Shown: piece after piece, positions 19,064-29,924 of the stretch
Layout: every line of letters starts with the position of its first letter
Numbering within the stretch: position 1 is the stretch's first letter
Source of the DNA: an uncultured Gemmatimonadaceae bacterium
GTDB taxonomy: Bacteria; Gemmatimonadota; Gemmatimonadetes; Gemmatimonadales; Gemmatimonadaceae
Assembly (NCBI GenBank): GCA_963843845.1
Contig: CAWJMB010000002.1
Coordinates: 2,848,001 to 2,912,000, forward strand
Direction: 5' to 3'
Length of the DNA stretch: 64,000 bases
Program-made: the position numbers and the translations under genes
The notes under the pieces: model-generated
What the model was told of the DNA's origin: nothing
Database searches by the model: none
What the model saw: only the letters and a program-made list of their open reading frames with translations

Positions 19064-20305
19064 TTGAAGCAGCGTCGTCGTGTCGTCATCACCGGGATCG
19101 GAGCGATCACCCCCATCGGCCTCACCGTGAGCGGGCTGCGCGAGGGGCTCCGCGCGGAGCGGTCCGCGGTCGGGCCGGTGACGCGGTTCGATCCGTCGCC
19201 CTGGCGCACGAAGATCGCCGCGCAGATCAACGACTTCTCGCCAGGCGACCACCTCGAGAAGAAGCGGTCGGCGCGGCTCGACCGGTTCGGCCAGTTCTCG
19301 GTCGTCGCGGCCCGCATGGCGCTCGCCGACGGAGCGCTCGACCTCGCGCACGAGGACCGCGACCGCGTCGGTGCGATGATGGGCACGGCACTCGGCGGCG
19401 TCGGAGCGGCCGAGGTCGAGGTCCACAACTTCCTGCGCGAGGGCGTGCACGGCGTCGACCCGTCGATCGCGCTCAAGGTCTTCGGCGGCGCCGCGAGCTG
19501 CAACATCGCGATCGAGCTCGGCGTCTCGGGGCCCAACAGCACGAACGCGATGAGCTGCGCGTCGGGCACCATCGCCATCGGCGACGCGCTGCGCGCGATT
19601 CGCGACGGCTACGCCGACATCATGCTCGCCGGCGGCGCCGAGGCCCCGCTCGCGCCGCTCTCGTTCGGCGCGTTCGCGATCATCCGCGCGATGAGCACCC
19701 GCAACGACGACCCGTCGACCGCCTCGCGCCCGTTCGACCGCGGGCGTGACGGCTTCGTGATGGGGGAAGGCGCCGCGGTGCTGCTGCTCGAGGAGCACGA
19801 CCGCGCGATCGCCCGCGGCGCGCGCATCTACGCCGAACTGATCGGCTACGGCACGACGAACGACGCGCACCACATGACCGCGCCCCGCCCCGACGGACGG
19901 CAGGCGGCGCGCGCGATGTCGCTCGCGCTCGCCGACGCCGACGTCCACCCGCACGAGATCGGCTACGTGAACGCGCACGGCAGCTCGACACCCCTCAACG
20001 ACCCGACCGAGACGCTCGCGATGAAGCAGGTCTTCGGCGAGCACGCGGCGACGCTCGAGGTCAGCTCGACGAAGGGCTACTACGGCCACGCGCTCGGGGC
20101 GTCGGGCGCGTTCGAGTCGGCGATCTCGGCGCTCGCGATCCACGACGAGTGGCTGCCGCCGACGCTGAACCTCGTGACGCCCGCCGACGGGTGCGATCTG
20201 GACTACATTCCGGGCGCCGGCCGCGCGGCGCGCGTGGAGCACGTGCTGACGAACAGCTTCGGCTTCGGCGGCATCAATGCCGCGCTCGTGCTGCGCCGCG
20301 CCTGA
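19064..20305 (+). CDS. fabF: Beta-ketoacyl-ACP synthase II-type ketosynthase
   Basis: RRVVITGIGAITPIG, AMSCASG (Cys), NAHGSST (His), KGYYGHALGA (His), SRPFDRGRDGFVMGEG, NSFGFGG. Confidence 0.9.
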   Translation: MKQRRRVVITGIGAITPIGLTVSGLREGLRAERSAVGPVTRFDPSPWRTKIAAQINDFSPGDHLEKKRSARLDRFGQFSVVAARMALADGALDLAHEDRDRVGAMMGTALGGVGAAEVEVHNFLREGVHGVDPSIALKVFGGAASCNIAIELGVSGPNSTNAMSCASGTIAIGDALRAIRDGYADIMLAGGAEAPLAPLSFGAFAIIRAMSTRNDDPSTASRPFDRGRDGFVMGEGAAVLLLEEHDRAIARGARIYAELIGYGTTNDAHHMTAPRPDGRQAARAMSLALADADVHPHEIGYVNAHGSSTPLNDPTETLAMKQVFGEHAATLEVSSTKGYYGHALGASGAFESAISALAIHDEWLPPTLNLVTPADGCDLDYIPGAGRAARVEHVLTNSFGFGGINAALVLRRA

Positions 20306-20350
20306 CGACCGGCCGACCGATCGCCTGACGCACTCCCGTTCGCACTCGCC

Positions 20351-21094
20351 ATGAGAGACTCGCTGCGTCACTTTCTCGCCGAGTTCATCGGCACCTTCGC
20401 GCTCGTCTTCGTCGGCGGCGGCGCGCTGTTCATGGCGCAGCAGGGGAACGGCGACCTGCTCACGGTCGCCGTCGCGACCGGGTTGATCCTCGCGGTCATG
20501 GTGACGGCCGTCATGCGCGTCGCCGGACACTTCAACCCGGCCGTCACGCTCGGCTTCCTCGCCACGCGCCGGATCCAGCCGACGATGGCCGGCCTCTACA
20601 TCCTCGCGCAGCTCGCCGGCGCGATGGCCGCGGGGTACGCGCACAGAGGGCTGGTGCCGATCGACGTCTACAACGCGGCCCACGGCGGCACGCTGTCCAT
20701 CGCGCTCGCGACGAGCGGGGCGCAGGCGTTCCTCCTCGAGGCGATCGCGACGTTCTTCCTGATGTTCGCGGTGTTCGGCAGCGCCGTCGACCCGCAGGCG
20801 CCGAAGATCGGGGGCTTCGCGATCGGCCTGACGATGACCGCCGCGATCCTCGCGATCGGCCCGCTCACCGGCGCCGCGCTGAACCCGGCGCGCGCGTTCG
20901 GCCCGGCGGTCGCGCTCGGCCAGTTCGAGGGGCAGATCGTCTACTGGCTCGGCCCGATCGTCGGCGCGGTGACGGCCGCGGTGCTCTACGACCAGCTCTT
21001 CCTGCCGCGCCCTCCCGAGACACCGGGGAGCGGCGCCGTGCAGCCCGCGCCGCCGGAGCAGCGACGCCGCGGGCCGCGCGAGCACGCGGGGTGA
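20351..21094 (+). CDS. Aquaporin (MIP family)
   Basis: AEFIGTF, GHFNPAVT and LNPARAFGP (two NPA motifs), YWLGPIVGA. Confidence 0.95.
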   Translation: MRDSLRHFLAEFIGTFALVFVGGGALFMAQQGNGDLLTVAVATGLILAVMVTAVMRVAGHFNPAVTLGFLATRRIQPTMAGLYILAQLAGAMAAGYAHRGLVPIDVYNAAHGGTLSIALATSGAQAFLLEAIATFFLMFAVFGSAVDPQAPKIGGFAIGLTMTAAILAIGPLTGAALNPARAFGPAVALGQFEGQIVYWLGPIVGAVTAAVLYDQLFLPRPPETPGSGAVQPAPPEQRRRGPREHAG

Positions 21095-21726
21095 GCGACG
21101 GTTCGTCCGCGCCACGGGATGGCGCGTTAGGCAACGCTCGCGAGCGCGCGGTCCGCGTCCTCACCGACCGCTTCGCCGACGACACGCTGTCGATGGACGA
21201 GTTCGAGGCGCGGCTCGACCGGATGTATCAGGCGGCCACCGTCGCCGACCTCGATGCGCTCCTCGCCGACGTCGACCAAGCGCGCCCGAGCGCCGCCGTC
21301 GCGTCGCCGTACGACAGCCGCGCGAACCGCCGCGTGCTGTCGATCATGAGCGCCACGCAGCGCACCGGCCGCTGGGCGATGCCGGGGCGCATGGAGCTGC
21401 GCGCGCTCATGAGCAGCACGATCCTCGACCTGCGCGACGTCGCGCTCCCGGCGTTCTGCGAGATCGACCTGCTCGCGATGTGGGCGAACGTCGAGATCCT
21501 CGTGCGCCACGGCGTCGTCGTCGAGGATCTCACGCACGACGTCCTGGCGAACGTCGAGAACGCCGCGCTCGACGACGGGACGGCGTCGGCGAACGGGCCC
21601 ACCCTCCGCATCACGGGCACCGTCGTGATGTCCAACGTCGAAGTGCGGGTCGCGCCGCTCGGCCTGTCTCCCGAGGAGGCGATGGCCGAGGCGGAGCGGG
21701 TGTGGCGGCGGCGGACGTGGCGTTAG
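21091..21726 (+). CDS. DUF1707 (SHOCT-like) plus LiaF-like C-terminal domain protein
   Basis: RERAVRVLTDRFADDTLSMDEFEARLD...ADLDALLADV; LDLRDV, VEILV, TLRITGTVVMSNVEV. Confidence 0.8.
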   Translation: MSDGSSAPRDGALGNARERAVRVLTDRFADDTLSMDEFEARLDRMYQAATVADLDALLADVDQARPSAAVASPYDSRANRRVLSIMSATQRTGRWAMPGRMELRALMSSTILDLRDVALPAFCEIDLLAMWANVEILVRHGVVVEDLTHDVLANVENAALDDGTASANGPTLRITGTVVMSNVEVRVAPLGLSPEEAMAEAERVWRRRTWR

Positions 21727-21736
21727 GCGGCCCCCC

Positions 21737-22315
21737 CTACGGCGCCGTCGCCCCCGGCGCCCCCACCGCGCCGCGCCGCATCGTGTCCCCGTACTTCGCC
21801 TGGTAGCGCGCGATCGACTCCTCGATCAGCCGCATCGCGCTCTCGCTCTTCTCCCACCCGAGGATCTCGACACGCTTGCCTTCGAGATCCTTGTAGATGT
21901 GGAAGAAGTGCTCGACCTCCTTCAGGTAGTGCCCCGGCAGGTCGGCGATGTCGAAGTACTCCTGGTGGTGCGGGTCATTGCACGGCACCGCGAGGATCTT
22001 GTCGTCGGGCTCGCCTTTGTCGAGCATGCGGAGCACGCCGATCGGCCGCGCGTCGATCTGACAACCGGGGAACGTCGGCTCCTGGATGCGGACGAGGATG
22101 TCCATCGGGTCGTTGTCCTCGTGCAGCGTCCGCGGGATGAAGCCGTAGTCGCCGGGGTAGTGCACCGCGGAGTAGAGCACGCGGTCGAGGCGTAGCAGCC
22201 CCGAGTCCTTGCACAGCTCGTACTTGTTGCGGCTCTTCGCCGGGATCTCGATGATCGCCGTGACCTGGTCGGGCGGCTGCGGGCCGGGCGCGAGGTCGTG
22301 CCAGGGGTTGAGCAT
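21737..22315 (-). CDS. ppa: Family I inorganic pyrophosphatase
   Basis: NPWHD, IEIP, NKYE, LDRVLY, YPGDYGFIPRTL, DNDPMD, DDKI, HFFHIYKDLE. Confidence 0.95.
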   Translation of the reverse strand: MLNPWHDLAPGPQPPDQVTAIIEIPAKSRNKYELCKDSGLLRLDRVLYSAVHYPGDYGFIPRTLHEDNDPMDILVRIQEPTFPGCQIDARPIGVLRMLDKGEPDDKILAVPCNDPHHQEYFDIADLPGHYLKEVEHFFHIYKDLEGKRVEILGWEKSESAMRLIEESIARYQAKYGDTMRRGAVGAPGATAP

Positions 22316-22321
22316 TCGGGG

Positions 22322-22459
22322 TCAGCCCTCTCCGTGTGCGCGCCGCAGTGCCTCGCGCGTCTGTGACCGTCGTCGCCAGAGCAGCGCCGTGTACCCGGCG
22401 TAGACCACGAGCGCGACGACGTACGCGACGTGATAGTAGACGGCATTGTCGGGCGTCAT
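22322..22459 (-). CDS. ccmD: CcmD-like heme exporter small subunit (45 aa)
   Basis: MTPDNAVYYHVAYVVALVVYAGYTALLWRRR: aromatic TM then basic tail; ATGA overlap with ccmC stop. Confidence 0.72.
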   Translation of the reverse strand: MTPDNAVYYHVAYVVALVVYAGYTALLWRRRSQTREALRRAHGEG

Positions 22460-23184
22460 GCGTCCGCCCCCTGGAGCGCCGCGAGCGCCTCGCGGTCGGT
22501 GCCCAACCGGTAGCGCGCGCGCAGCAGCGCGAAGAAGAGCAGCGTGAGCGCGCCCTGCATGAACAGCCACGTCGTCACCATCTCCGGCGGCATCGAGGGC
22601 CCGCTCGGTTTGATGAGGACCGGCTGCGGGTGCAGCGTGCGGAACATCGTCGTGCTGAGGTGGATGAACGGCACGAGCAGCCCGGTGAGGATGCCCAGCA
22701 CCGCGGCGTAGCGCGCTCGCTGCGCGCGGTCCTCGATCGCGTTGCGCAGCGTGAGGTAGCCGAGGACGATGAGCCACGTGAACAGCGTGAGCGTGAGCCG
22801 CGCGTCCCACGTCCACCACGTCCCCCAGATCGGCTTTCCCCAGATCGGCCCGGTCAGCAGCACGACGGTCATGAACACGAGCCCGACTTCGGCCGAGCTC
22901 TCGGCGAGGCGGTCCACGCGATCGTCGCGCAGCCAGAGGTACACGGCGCTCGTGACGGTGAGCAGGCCGAAGCCGAGGTACAACGCGATGATCGCCGACG
23001 AGACGTGGACGTAGAAGATCTTCTGCGCCGGGCCCTGCATCGCTTCGACCGGCGTGAACGCGACCACGTAGACCACGGCGGCCGCCACGGCGAGGACCGA
23101 GGCGGCGAGCAGGAGGTCGATCCCCCCGCGGGAGCCCGGCTCGGCGCGCATCGGGGTGGAGAGTGCAGAGGCAGGATGACTCAT
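22456..23184 (-). CDS. ccmC: Heme exporter protein C
   Basis: KIFYVHV, WGKPIWGTWWTWDARLT (WWD motif), RTLHP. Confidence 0.93.
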   Translation of the reverse strand: MSHPASALSTPMRAEPGSRGGIDLLLAASVLAVAAAVVYVVAFTPVEAMQGPAQKIFYVHVSSAIIALYLGFGLLTVTSAVYLWLRDDRVDRLAESSAEVGLVFMTVVLLTGPIWGKPIWGTWWTWDARLTLTLFTWLIVLGYLTLRNAIEDRAQRARYAAVLGILTGLLVPFIHLSTTMFRTLHPQPVLIKPSGPSMPPEMVTTWLFMQGALTLLFFALLRARYRLGTDREALAALQGADA

Positions 23185-23212
23185 GAGCTGCAACGGAGCA
23201 TGAGGCGGACGC

Positions 23213-23914
23213 TCACTCCTCGAGCGTGTAGGGGAAGGCGAGCGTGCACGCCGTGAGGAACACGATGTCGAACGCTGCGAGAATCTTGATGTGCCCGACG
23301 AGCTCCGCCAGCGGCCGCCCGGCGAGCATGCGCGACGTGAAGATCGCCGCCGGCACGACGATCGGCACGAAGAACGGCAGCGCGAGCATCGGCAGCAGGA
23401 GCTCGGCCAGGCGCGTGTTGACGGTCATGGCGCTGAACAGCGTGCCGACCGAGACGAGCCCGATCGTCGCGAGCGCGGCGACCGCGGCGAGCGGACCGAT
23501 GGTCCCGCCCCGCAGCAGCGGCACGTCGTAGAACAGGGCGACCGCCGGAATCGTGATCGCCTGGACCGCCGCCACGAACACGAGGTTCGCGACCGCCTTC
23601 CCGGCGAACAGCGCCTCCCGCCCCACCGGGGCGCCGAGCAGGCCGTCGATCGCACGATCGGCCTCCTCGACACCGAACGAGCGGTGCAGACCGAGCAGCC
23701 CCGAGAAGACGAACGTCACCCAGACCACACCCGGCGCGAGGTCGATCACGGGCACCGCGGTCGAATCCCAGGAGAAGCGGAAGATGACGACGGCGAGCAG
23801 CGCGAAGACGATCGCGGCGAAGAACGCGCTCCGCGTGCGGAACTCGATGAGCAGGTCCTTGCGCGCGACGAGCCACGCCGTCGCCGCGAACGACGGCGCG
23901 ACGTTGACGCTCAC
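23213..23914 (-). CDS. ccmB: Heme exporter protein B (start approximate)
   Basis: KDLLIEFRTR, APGVVWV, RSFGVE, LLLPMLALPFFVP; between ccmA and ccmC. Confidence 0.92.
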   Translation of the reverse strand: MSVNVAPSFAATAWLVARKDLLIEFRTRSAFFAAIVFALLAVVIFRFSWDSTAVPVIDLAPGVVWVTFVFSGLLGLHRSFGVEEADRAIDGLLGAPVGREALFAGKAVANLVFVAAVQAITIPAVALFYDVPLLRGGTIGPLAAVAALATIGLVSVGTLFSAMTVNTRLAELLLPMLALPFFVPIVVPAAIFTSRMLAGRPLAELVGHIKILAAFDIVFLTACTLAFPYTLEE

Positions 23915-23957
23915 GGCGCGCGCCTCGGCTGCAACGTGCCTCGCCACGACGCCCGGG

Positions 23958-24722
23958 TCACCCGCCTGACGTGACGAGCGCACGGTACTCGGCCGCGAAC
24001 GCGGCCGGATCGACCTCGGCGCGCGACGCGAGCGAGCGCAGGCGCCCGCCGAACATCACGCCGACGTGCGTGCCGAGCAGCAGGCCCTCGGCGAGGTTGT
24101 GCGTGACGAGGAGCATCGCGGCACCGTGCGCGCGGAGGTCGCCGATCGCGCCGGTGAGCGCCGCGGCGCCTGCCTCGTCGAGCCCCGTGAACGGCTCGTC
24201 GAGCAGCACGACGCTCGGCGCGTGCACGATGGCGCGGGCGATCGACACTCGCTGCTGCAAGCCGCGGCTCAGCCGGCGCGCCGGCGTGCCGGCGCGGTCG
24301 GCGATGCGCATGCGCTCGAGCGCCGCCGTCGCCGCGTCGGCCGCGTCACGCACGCCGTAGAGCCGCGCCGCGAACTCGACGTTCTCGCGCGCCGTGAGCG
24401 CGCCGTAGAGCAGGCTGTGGTGCGAGATGAGCCCGACCTGCGCGCGCGCCGCCGCGCCGTCTCCCACCGCGACGCCACCGACGCGCGCCGCGCCGGCCGT
24501 CGGGCGCAGCAGCCCGGCGAGCAGCCGCAGCAGCGTCGTCTTCCCCGCTCCGTTCGGGCCGAACAGCGCGAGGCAATCGCCGGCGTCGAGCGCGAGCGAC
24601 ACGTCGTTCACCGCGCGCCGCGCGCCGAACGTGCGGACGAGTCCCTCCGCGGCGAGCGCGGGCGGGCGCGCAGCCGGCTCGGCGCGGGGCTCGGCGAACG
24701 GCTCGGCGGGCAGTGCAGTCAT
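23958..24722 (-). CDS. ccmA: Heme exporter ATP-binding protein A
   Basis: GPNGAGKTT, LTARENV, LSRGLQQR, LLDEPFTGLD; upstream of ccmB. Confidence 0.9.
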   Translation of the reverse strand: MTALPAEPFAEPRAEPAARPPALAAEGLVRTFGARRAVNDVSLALDAGDCLALFGPNGAGKTTLLRLLAGLLRPTAGAARVGGVAVGDGAAARAQVGLISHHSLLYGALTARENVEFAARLYGVRDAADAATAALERMRIADRAGTPARRLSRGLQQRVSIARAIVHAPSVVLLDEPFTGLDEAGAAALTGAIGDLRAHGAAMLLVTHNLAEGLLLGTHVGVMFGGRLRSLASRAEVDPAAFAAEYRALVTSGG

Positions 24723-24762
24723 CACGACGAACGATAACCGATCCCCGCGAGCGTACATGCGG

Positions 24763-26376
24763 TCACAGCGCCGCGTCTTTCGTCTCCCGCACGAAGAGCG
24801 CGCCGACGACGAGCGTGATCCCGGCGACGATCACCGGGTACCAGAGCCCCGAGTAGAAATCGCCCGTCGCGGCGACGATCGCGAACGCCGTCGTCGGCAG
24901 GAATCCGCCGAACCAGCCGTTGCCGATGTGGTACGGCAGCGACATCGACGTGTAGCGGATGCGCGTCGGGAACATCTCGACGAGCATCGCGGCGATCGGC
25001 CCGTAGACCATCGTCACGTACAGCACGAGCACGAACAGCACGGCGACGATCATGACGTGGTTCATCCGTGCCGGGTCCGCCTTCGCCGGGTACCCGGCGG
25101 CCGACAGCGCGGCACCGACCGTCGAATCGAAGACCGCGGCCCGTCGCTTCGCGTCCGGTGCCGTCGCGTCGTAGGATGCCACGCGCGTCGCGCCGACACG
25201 GACCTCGGCAGGCGCCGACGTCGCCTCGTTGCGGTAGGGCACACCGGCCTTCACGAGCGCCGCCTTCGCGACGTCGCACGACGACGTGAACCGGCTCTTG
25301 CCGACCGGGTCGAACTGCACCGAGCACGTCGCGGGGTCCGCGACGACGACGACCGGCGCGCGCGAGTGCGCGGCCTCGAGCGCCGGGTTCGCGAAGTGCG
25401 TCAGCGCGCGGAAGAGTGGGAAGTACGTGACGACGGCGAGGAGGCACCCGGTGAGGATGATCGGCTTCCGCCCGACGCGGTCGGACAGCGTGCCCATGAC
25501 GACGAAGAACGGGGTGCCCAGCAGCAGCGCCGCGGCGACGAGGAGGTTCGCGCGCTGCGCGTCGACCTTCAGCATCTGCGTGAGGAAGAACAGCGCGTAG
25601 AACTGCCCCGTGTACCACACGACGGCCTGCCCGATGACGAGCCCGAAGAGCGCGATCAGGACGAGCCGCACGTTCGGCCACGACCCGAACGCGTCGCGGA
25701 TCGGTGCGTTCGACCCGGTTCCTTCCGCCTTCATGGCTTGGAACACGGGGCTCTCGTGCAGCCGCAGTCGGATCCAGACGGAGACGCCCAACAGCAGGAG
25801 CGAGACGAGGAACGGGATGCGCCACCCCCACGCCTCGAACGCCGCGTCGCCCAACGCGAGCCGGCACCCGACGATCACGAGGAGCGAGAGAAAGAGGCCG
25901 AGTGTCGCCGTCGTCTGGATCCACGAGGTGTACGCGCCGCGCTTCCCCGGCGGTGCGTGCTCCGCCACGTAGGTCGCCGCGCCGCCGTACTCGCCGCCTA
26001 ACGCCAGCCCTTGCAGTAGCCGCAGCAGGATGAGGATCACCGGCGCCGCGATCCCGATCGTCGCGTACCCCGGGAGGACGCCGACGACGAACGTCGACGC
26101 GCCCATGATGAGGATCGTGACGAGGAACGTGTACTTCCGTCCGACCAGGTCACCGAGTCGTCCGAAGACGAGCGCGCCGAACGGCCGCACCGCGAACCCC
26201 GCCGCGAACGCGAGCAGCGCGAAGATGAACGCCGCCGTCGGGTTCACGCCGGAGAAGAACTGCTGCGAGATGATCGCCGCGAGCGAGCCGTACAGGTAGA
26301 AGTCGTACCATTCGAACATCGTCCCGAGCGACGACGCGAAGATCACGGTGCGGATGTCACGAATCGAAGTGGTCAC
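24763..26376 (-). CDS. MFS metabolite:H+ symporter (MHS family)
   Basis: [57 protein letters not shown]; divergent from acs. Confidence 0.93.
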   Translation of the reverse strand: MTTSIRDIRTVIFASSLGTMFEWYDFYLYGSLAAIISQQFFSGVNPTAAFIFALLAFAAGFAVRPFGALVFGRLGDLVGRKYTFLVTILIMGASTFVVGVLPGYATIGIAAPVILILLRLLQGLALGGEYGGAATYVAEHAPPGKRGAYTSWIQTTATLGLFLSLLVIVGCRLALGDAAFEAWGWRIPFLVSLLLLGVSVWIRLRLHESPVFQAMKAEGTGSNAPIRDAFGSWPNVRLVLIALFGLVIGQAVVWYTGQFYALFFLTQMLKVDAQRANLLVAAALLLGTPFFVVMGTLSDRVGRKPIILTGCLLAVVTYFPLFRALTHFANPALEAAHSRAPVVVVADPATCSVQFDPVGKSRFTSSCDVAKAALVKAGVPYRNEATSAPAEVRVGATRVASYDATAPDAKRRAAVFDSTVGAALSAAGYPAKADPARMNHVMIVAVLFVLVLYVTMVYGPIAAMLVEMFPTRIRYTSMSLPYHIGNGWFGGFLPTTAFAIVAATGDFYSGLWYPVIVAGITLVVGALFVRETKDAAL

Positions 26377-26468
26377 GACGGCGATCGGCTGGACGGGTCA
26401 TTGGCGCGCGAGGCAGATTACGCACGACGCCCTCCCTTCGTCAGACCAGCGCCGCCACGCCGCAGCTC

Positions 26469-28439
26469 ATGAACGATCTCGACGTCCTCCTGCAGGAAGA
26501 CCGCACGTTCCCGCCGCCCGACGGGTTCCGCGCGACGGCCTGGGTGCGCGACGGCTCGGTGCACGCCGACGCGGCGCGCGACCCGGAGGCGTTCTGGGCG
26601 CGCATGGCGCGCGAGCTGACGTGGATGACGCCGTTCACCGAGACACTGCACTGGACGCCGCCGCACGCGACCTGGTTCGCAGACGGCACGCTCAACGCGA
26701 GCGCGAATTGTGTCGACCGCCACGTCGTCGGCGCGACGCGCAACAAGGCGGCGATCATCTTCGAGGGAGAGCCGGGCGACCGCCGTACGCTCACGTACTG
26801 GGACCTCTACCGCGAGGTCAACCAGTTCGCCCGCGTCCTCGACGCACTCGGCGTTCGGAAGGGGGACCGCGTCGCGATCTACCTTCCGATGATTCCGGAG
26901 GCCGCGATCGCGATGCTCGGCTGCGCGCGCGTCGGGGCGGTGCACTCGGTCGTGTTCGGTGGGTTCTCGCCCGAGTCGCTGCGCGACCGCATCAACGACT
27001 CGCAGTGCAAGGTGCTGATCACGGCCGACGGCGGCTACCGTCGCGGGCAGCTCGTGCCGCTGAAGCACAACGCCGACCTCGCGGTCGCCGAATGCCCGTC
27101 GATCGAACACGTGGTGGTCGTGCGGCGCGACGCGGCGACGACGGTGCCTGACGCGTCCATCGGCCCGCGCGACCGCTGGTGGCACGAGCTGATGACCGAG
27201 GCGCGTGACGCGGACGGCGGCGGCTACCGCGCGCCCGAGGCGATGAACGCCGAAGATCTGCTGTTCATTCTCTACACGTCGGGAACGACCGGACAGCCGA
27301 AAGGGATCGTGCACTCGACGGGTGGGTACCTCGCCGCCGCCGCCGCGACGACGAAGTACGTGTTCGACCTCCGCGACGACGACGTCTACTGGTGCACGGC
27401 GGACGTCGGCTGGGTCACGGGGCACAGCTACATCGTGTACGGCCCGCTCGCGAACGGCGCGACGTGCGTGATGTACGAGGGCGCCCCCGATTGGCCAGAC
27501 AAGCACCGCATGTGGGAGATCTGCGAGCGCCTCGGCGTCACGATCTTCTACACGGCGCCGACGGCGATCCGCGCCTTCATGAAGTGGGGCGCCGAGTATC
27601 CCGACCGCCACGACCTCTCGCGGCTCCGACTGTTAGGCAGCGTCGGCGAGCCGATCAACCCCGAGGCGTGGATGTGGTACCACGAGCACATCGGCCACGG
27701 GCGATGCCCGATCGTCGACACGTGGTGGCAGACGGAGACCGGCGCCATCATGATCACGCCGCTCCCCGGCGTGACGGCGACGAAGCCCGGGTCGGCGACG
27801 GTGCCCTTCCCCGGCGTCTCCGCCGCCCTGCTCGATTCGACGGGCACCGAGATCGGGCGCGGTGGGGGACTCCTCGCGATCACGCGACCGTGGCCGTCGA
27901 TGCTGCGCACCATCTGGGGCGACGACGCGCGCTACGTCTCGACCTACTTCTCGAAGTGGGAGGGGCGCCCCGACCTCTACTTTCCCGGCGACGGCGCGAA
28001 ACGCGACGACGACGGCTACTACTGGATCCTCGGGCGGGTCGACGACGTGCTCAACGTCGCCGGACACCGCATCGGCACGATGGAGGTCGAGAGCGCGCTC
28101 GTCGATCACCCCGCGGTCGCCGAGGCGGCGGTGGTCGGCAGGGCACACGAGCTGAAGGGGCAGGCGATCGCCGCGTTCGTCACGCTGCGCGGCGGCCACA
28201 CGTCCAGCCCCGAGCTCCGCGACGAGCTCCGGCGGCACGTCGCCACGAAGATCGGCGCGATCGCGCGCCCGGACGACATCCTCTTCTCGGCGGACCTGCC
28301 GAAAACACGGTCCGGAAAGATCATGCGTCGACTCTTGCGTGACATCGCCGAAGGGCGCGCGCTCGGCGACACGACGACACTCGCCGACCCGAGCGTCGTC
28401 GCGAGCCTCAAAGACCAGTACGAGAGCCAGGAGAGTTGA
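26469..28439 (+). CDS. acs: Acetyl-CoA synthetase (AMP-forming)
   Basis: [56 protein letters not shown]. Confidence 0.97.
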   Translation: MNDLDVLLQEDRTFPPPDGFRATAWVRDGSVHADAARDPEAFWARMARELTWMTPFTETLHWTPPHATWFADGTLNASANCVDRHVVGATRNKAAIIFEGEPGDRRTLTYWDLYREVNQFARVLDALGVRKGDRVAIYLPMIPEAAIAMLGCARVGAVHSVVFGGFSPESLRDRINDSQCKVLITADGGYRRGQLVPLKHNADLAVAECPSIEHVVVVRRDAATTVPDASIGPRDRWWHELMTEARDADGGGYRAPEAMNAEDLLFILYTSGTTGQPKGIVHSTGGYLAAAAATTKYVFDLRDDDVYWCTADVGWVTGHSYIVYGPLANGATCVMYEGAPDWPDKHRMWEICERLGVTIFYTAPTAIRAFMKWGAEYPDRHDLSRLRLLGSVGEPINPEAWMWYHEHIGHGRCPIVDTWWQTETGAIMITPLPGVTATKPGSATVPFPGVSAALLDSTGTEIGRGGGLLAITRPWPSMLRTIWGDDARYVSTYFSKWEGRPDLYFPGDGAKRDDDGYYWILGRVDDVLNVAGHRIGTMEVESALVDHPAVAEAAVVGRAHELKGQAIAAFVTLRGGHTSSPELRDELRRHVATKIGAIARPDDILFSADLPKTRSGKIMRRLLRDIAEGRALGDTTTLADPSVVASLKDQYESQES

Positions 28440-28444
28440 TCGCC

Positions 28445-28828
28445 ATGTTCGGCAAGTTCTTCCCCGAGTCCATCTTCGCCCGCAAGCTCGCCCCCGACGC
28501 CGAGCGTCGGCTCCGGCTCGCGCAAGCGCGGGCCGAGGAGTCGATCGTGCGCACGCACGTCGACAACGCGCTGATGTTCATGGACACCCTGGCCGAGGAC
28601 CTGAGCTTCGACCGCGCGATCGACACGTACATCCGCGTCCTGGGCATTCCGGAGCCGCTCGCGAGCACCGTCGCGACGCGTGCACTCGTCGTGCTCGGCC
28701 AGGACCTCGTGCCCTTCCGCCGCCGGCAGCGCAGCGCCACCGAGAGCGATGACGCGCGCGAGCCGCTCGGCAAGCCGAAGCTCCGGCTCGACGACGCGGC
28801 GGACGCGCGCGCGAAGCGGCGGGCCTGA
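28445..28828 (+). CDS. Hypothetical protein (127 aa)
   Basis: GGAG RBS, strong GC3 bias, MFGKFFPESIFARKL... Confidence 0.75.
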   Translation: MFGKFFPESIFARKLAPDAERRLRLAQARAEESIVRTHVDNALMFMDTLAEDLSFDRAIDTYIRVLGIPEPLASTVATRALVVLGQDLVPFRRRQRSATESDDAREPLGKPKLRLDDAADARAKRRA

Positions 28829-28876
28829 GGGCGACCTCCGCCGTCCCGAGCGCGGCGAGCGACGACAGCTCGGTCG

Positions 28877-29676
28877 TCAGCGCTTCCCGGAGTCGGCCGC
28901 AGGGGGCGCCGCCGCCGCCGCCGGGGCGACCTTCGCCGCCGAGTCGACGGCCGCCTTGATCGCGTCGTACGACGGCGAGCCGTTCGCGAGCATCTGGCCC
29001 CCGATGATGAGCGTCGGCGTCGACCGGACGCCGCGGCGCTCCGCCTCCTGGGCGTTCGCCGCGACGCGCCCGAGGTGCTTGCGGGTGTCGTAGCAGGCAT
29101 CGAATGCCCCCTGATCGAGGCCGAGCTGCTTCGCGTACCCCTTGAAGATCGACGTCGGGTTCGCCGAGGCCTGCGTGTTCCAGTCGAACTGCCCCTGGAA
29201 CAGCCGGTCGTGCATCTCCCAGAACTTGTTCTGGTCCGCCGCACACTCGCCGGCGAGCGTCGCCGCGACCGTGTTGACGTGCGCCGTCGTCACCTGGAAC
29301 GGATAGAAGCGGAAGCGCGCCTGCCCCGTCTTCACGAGCCGCTCGCGCACGTCGGGCTCCGTGACGGTCGCGAACTGGCCGCACCCCGGACACTCGAAGT
29401 CGCCGAACTCGACGATCTCGACCGGTGCGGACGCGCTGCCCATGACGTGCCCCTCGGCCGTCATGCCGACGGCGGCGCGCGGGTCGACGGCGATGACGGC
29501 GTTCGCCTTCGTGCGCTGCATCGCCCACGAGATGAGCACGAGGCCGACCGCGACGACGAGCCCGATCGCCACGTAGAACGGACGGCGCGAGGCGCCGGTC
29601 CGCGCGCCTTTTACGACGTTCCCCCCCCGGTCCGTCCCCCCGTTCCCCGTCCGGCATCCACTCGGTTCTTTGCCAT
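28877..29676 (-). CDS. DsbA/BdbD-like thioredoxin-fold protein; N-terminus separated by an indel in the G8 run at 29621-29628
   Basis: EFGDFECPGC (CxxC), QNKFWEMHDRLF, GVRSTPT; one added G links MAKNRV... to the TM anchor. Confidence 0.88.
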
Positions 29677-29924
29677 GTGCTTGTCAGGTTGTCGATGGCC
29701 TCGCGCACGATGCGGCGGCTCTCCGCCACCTCCGGCGTATCGTACGTCGCGCGGACCTCGTAGTGAAAGAGCTCGCTGCGCACGTCGCCGATGAGCGTCA
29801 TCAGCTCGTTCGCGTTGCGCAACAGCTCGCCGCGCTGCTCGAGCTCGAGAATGCGACCGGCGAGCGCGACGAGCAGCGCGCGCAGGTTGCGGGACCGTCC
29901 TTCGTCGTACGTCTGTTCCTGCAT
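29611..29924 (-). CDS. Hypothetical helical protein (~104 aa after correcting the same G-run)
   Basis: MQEQTYDEGRSRNLRALL...ELFHYEVRATYDTPE is coding-like; TACCTT 7 nt upstream of ATG. Confidence 0.7.

Noticed and set aside
28578..29924. 448-aa ORF
   Set aside because: Only the first ~100 aa are coding-like; the rest is off-frame DsbA sequence caused by the G-run indel
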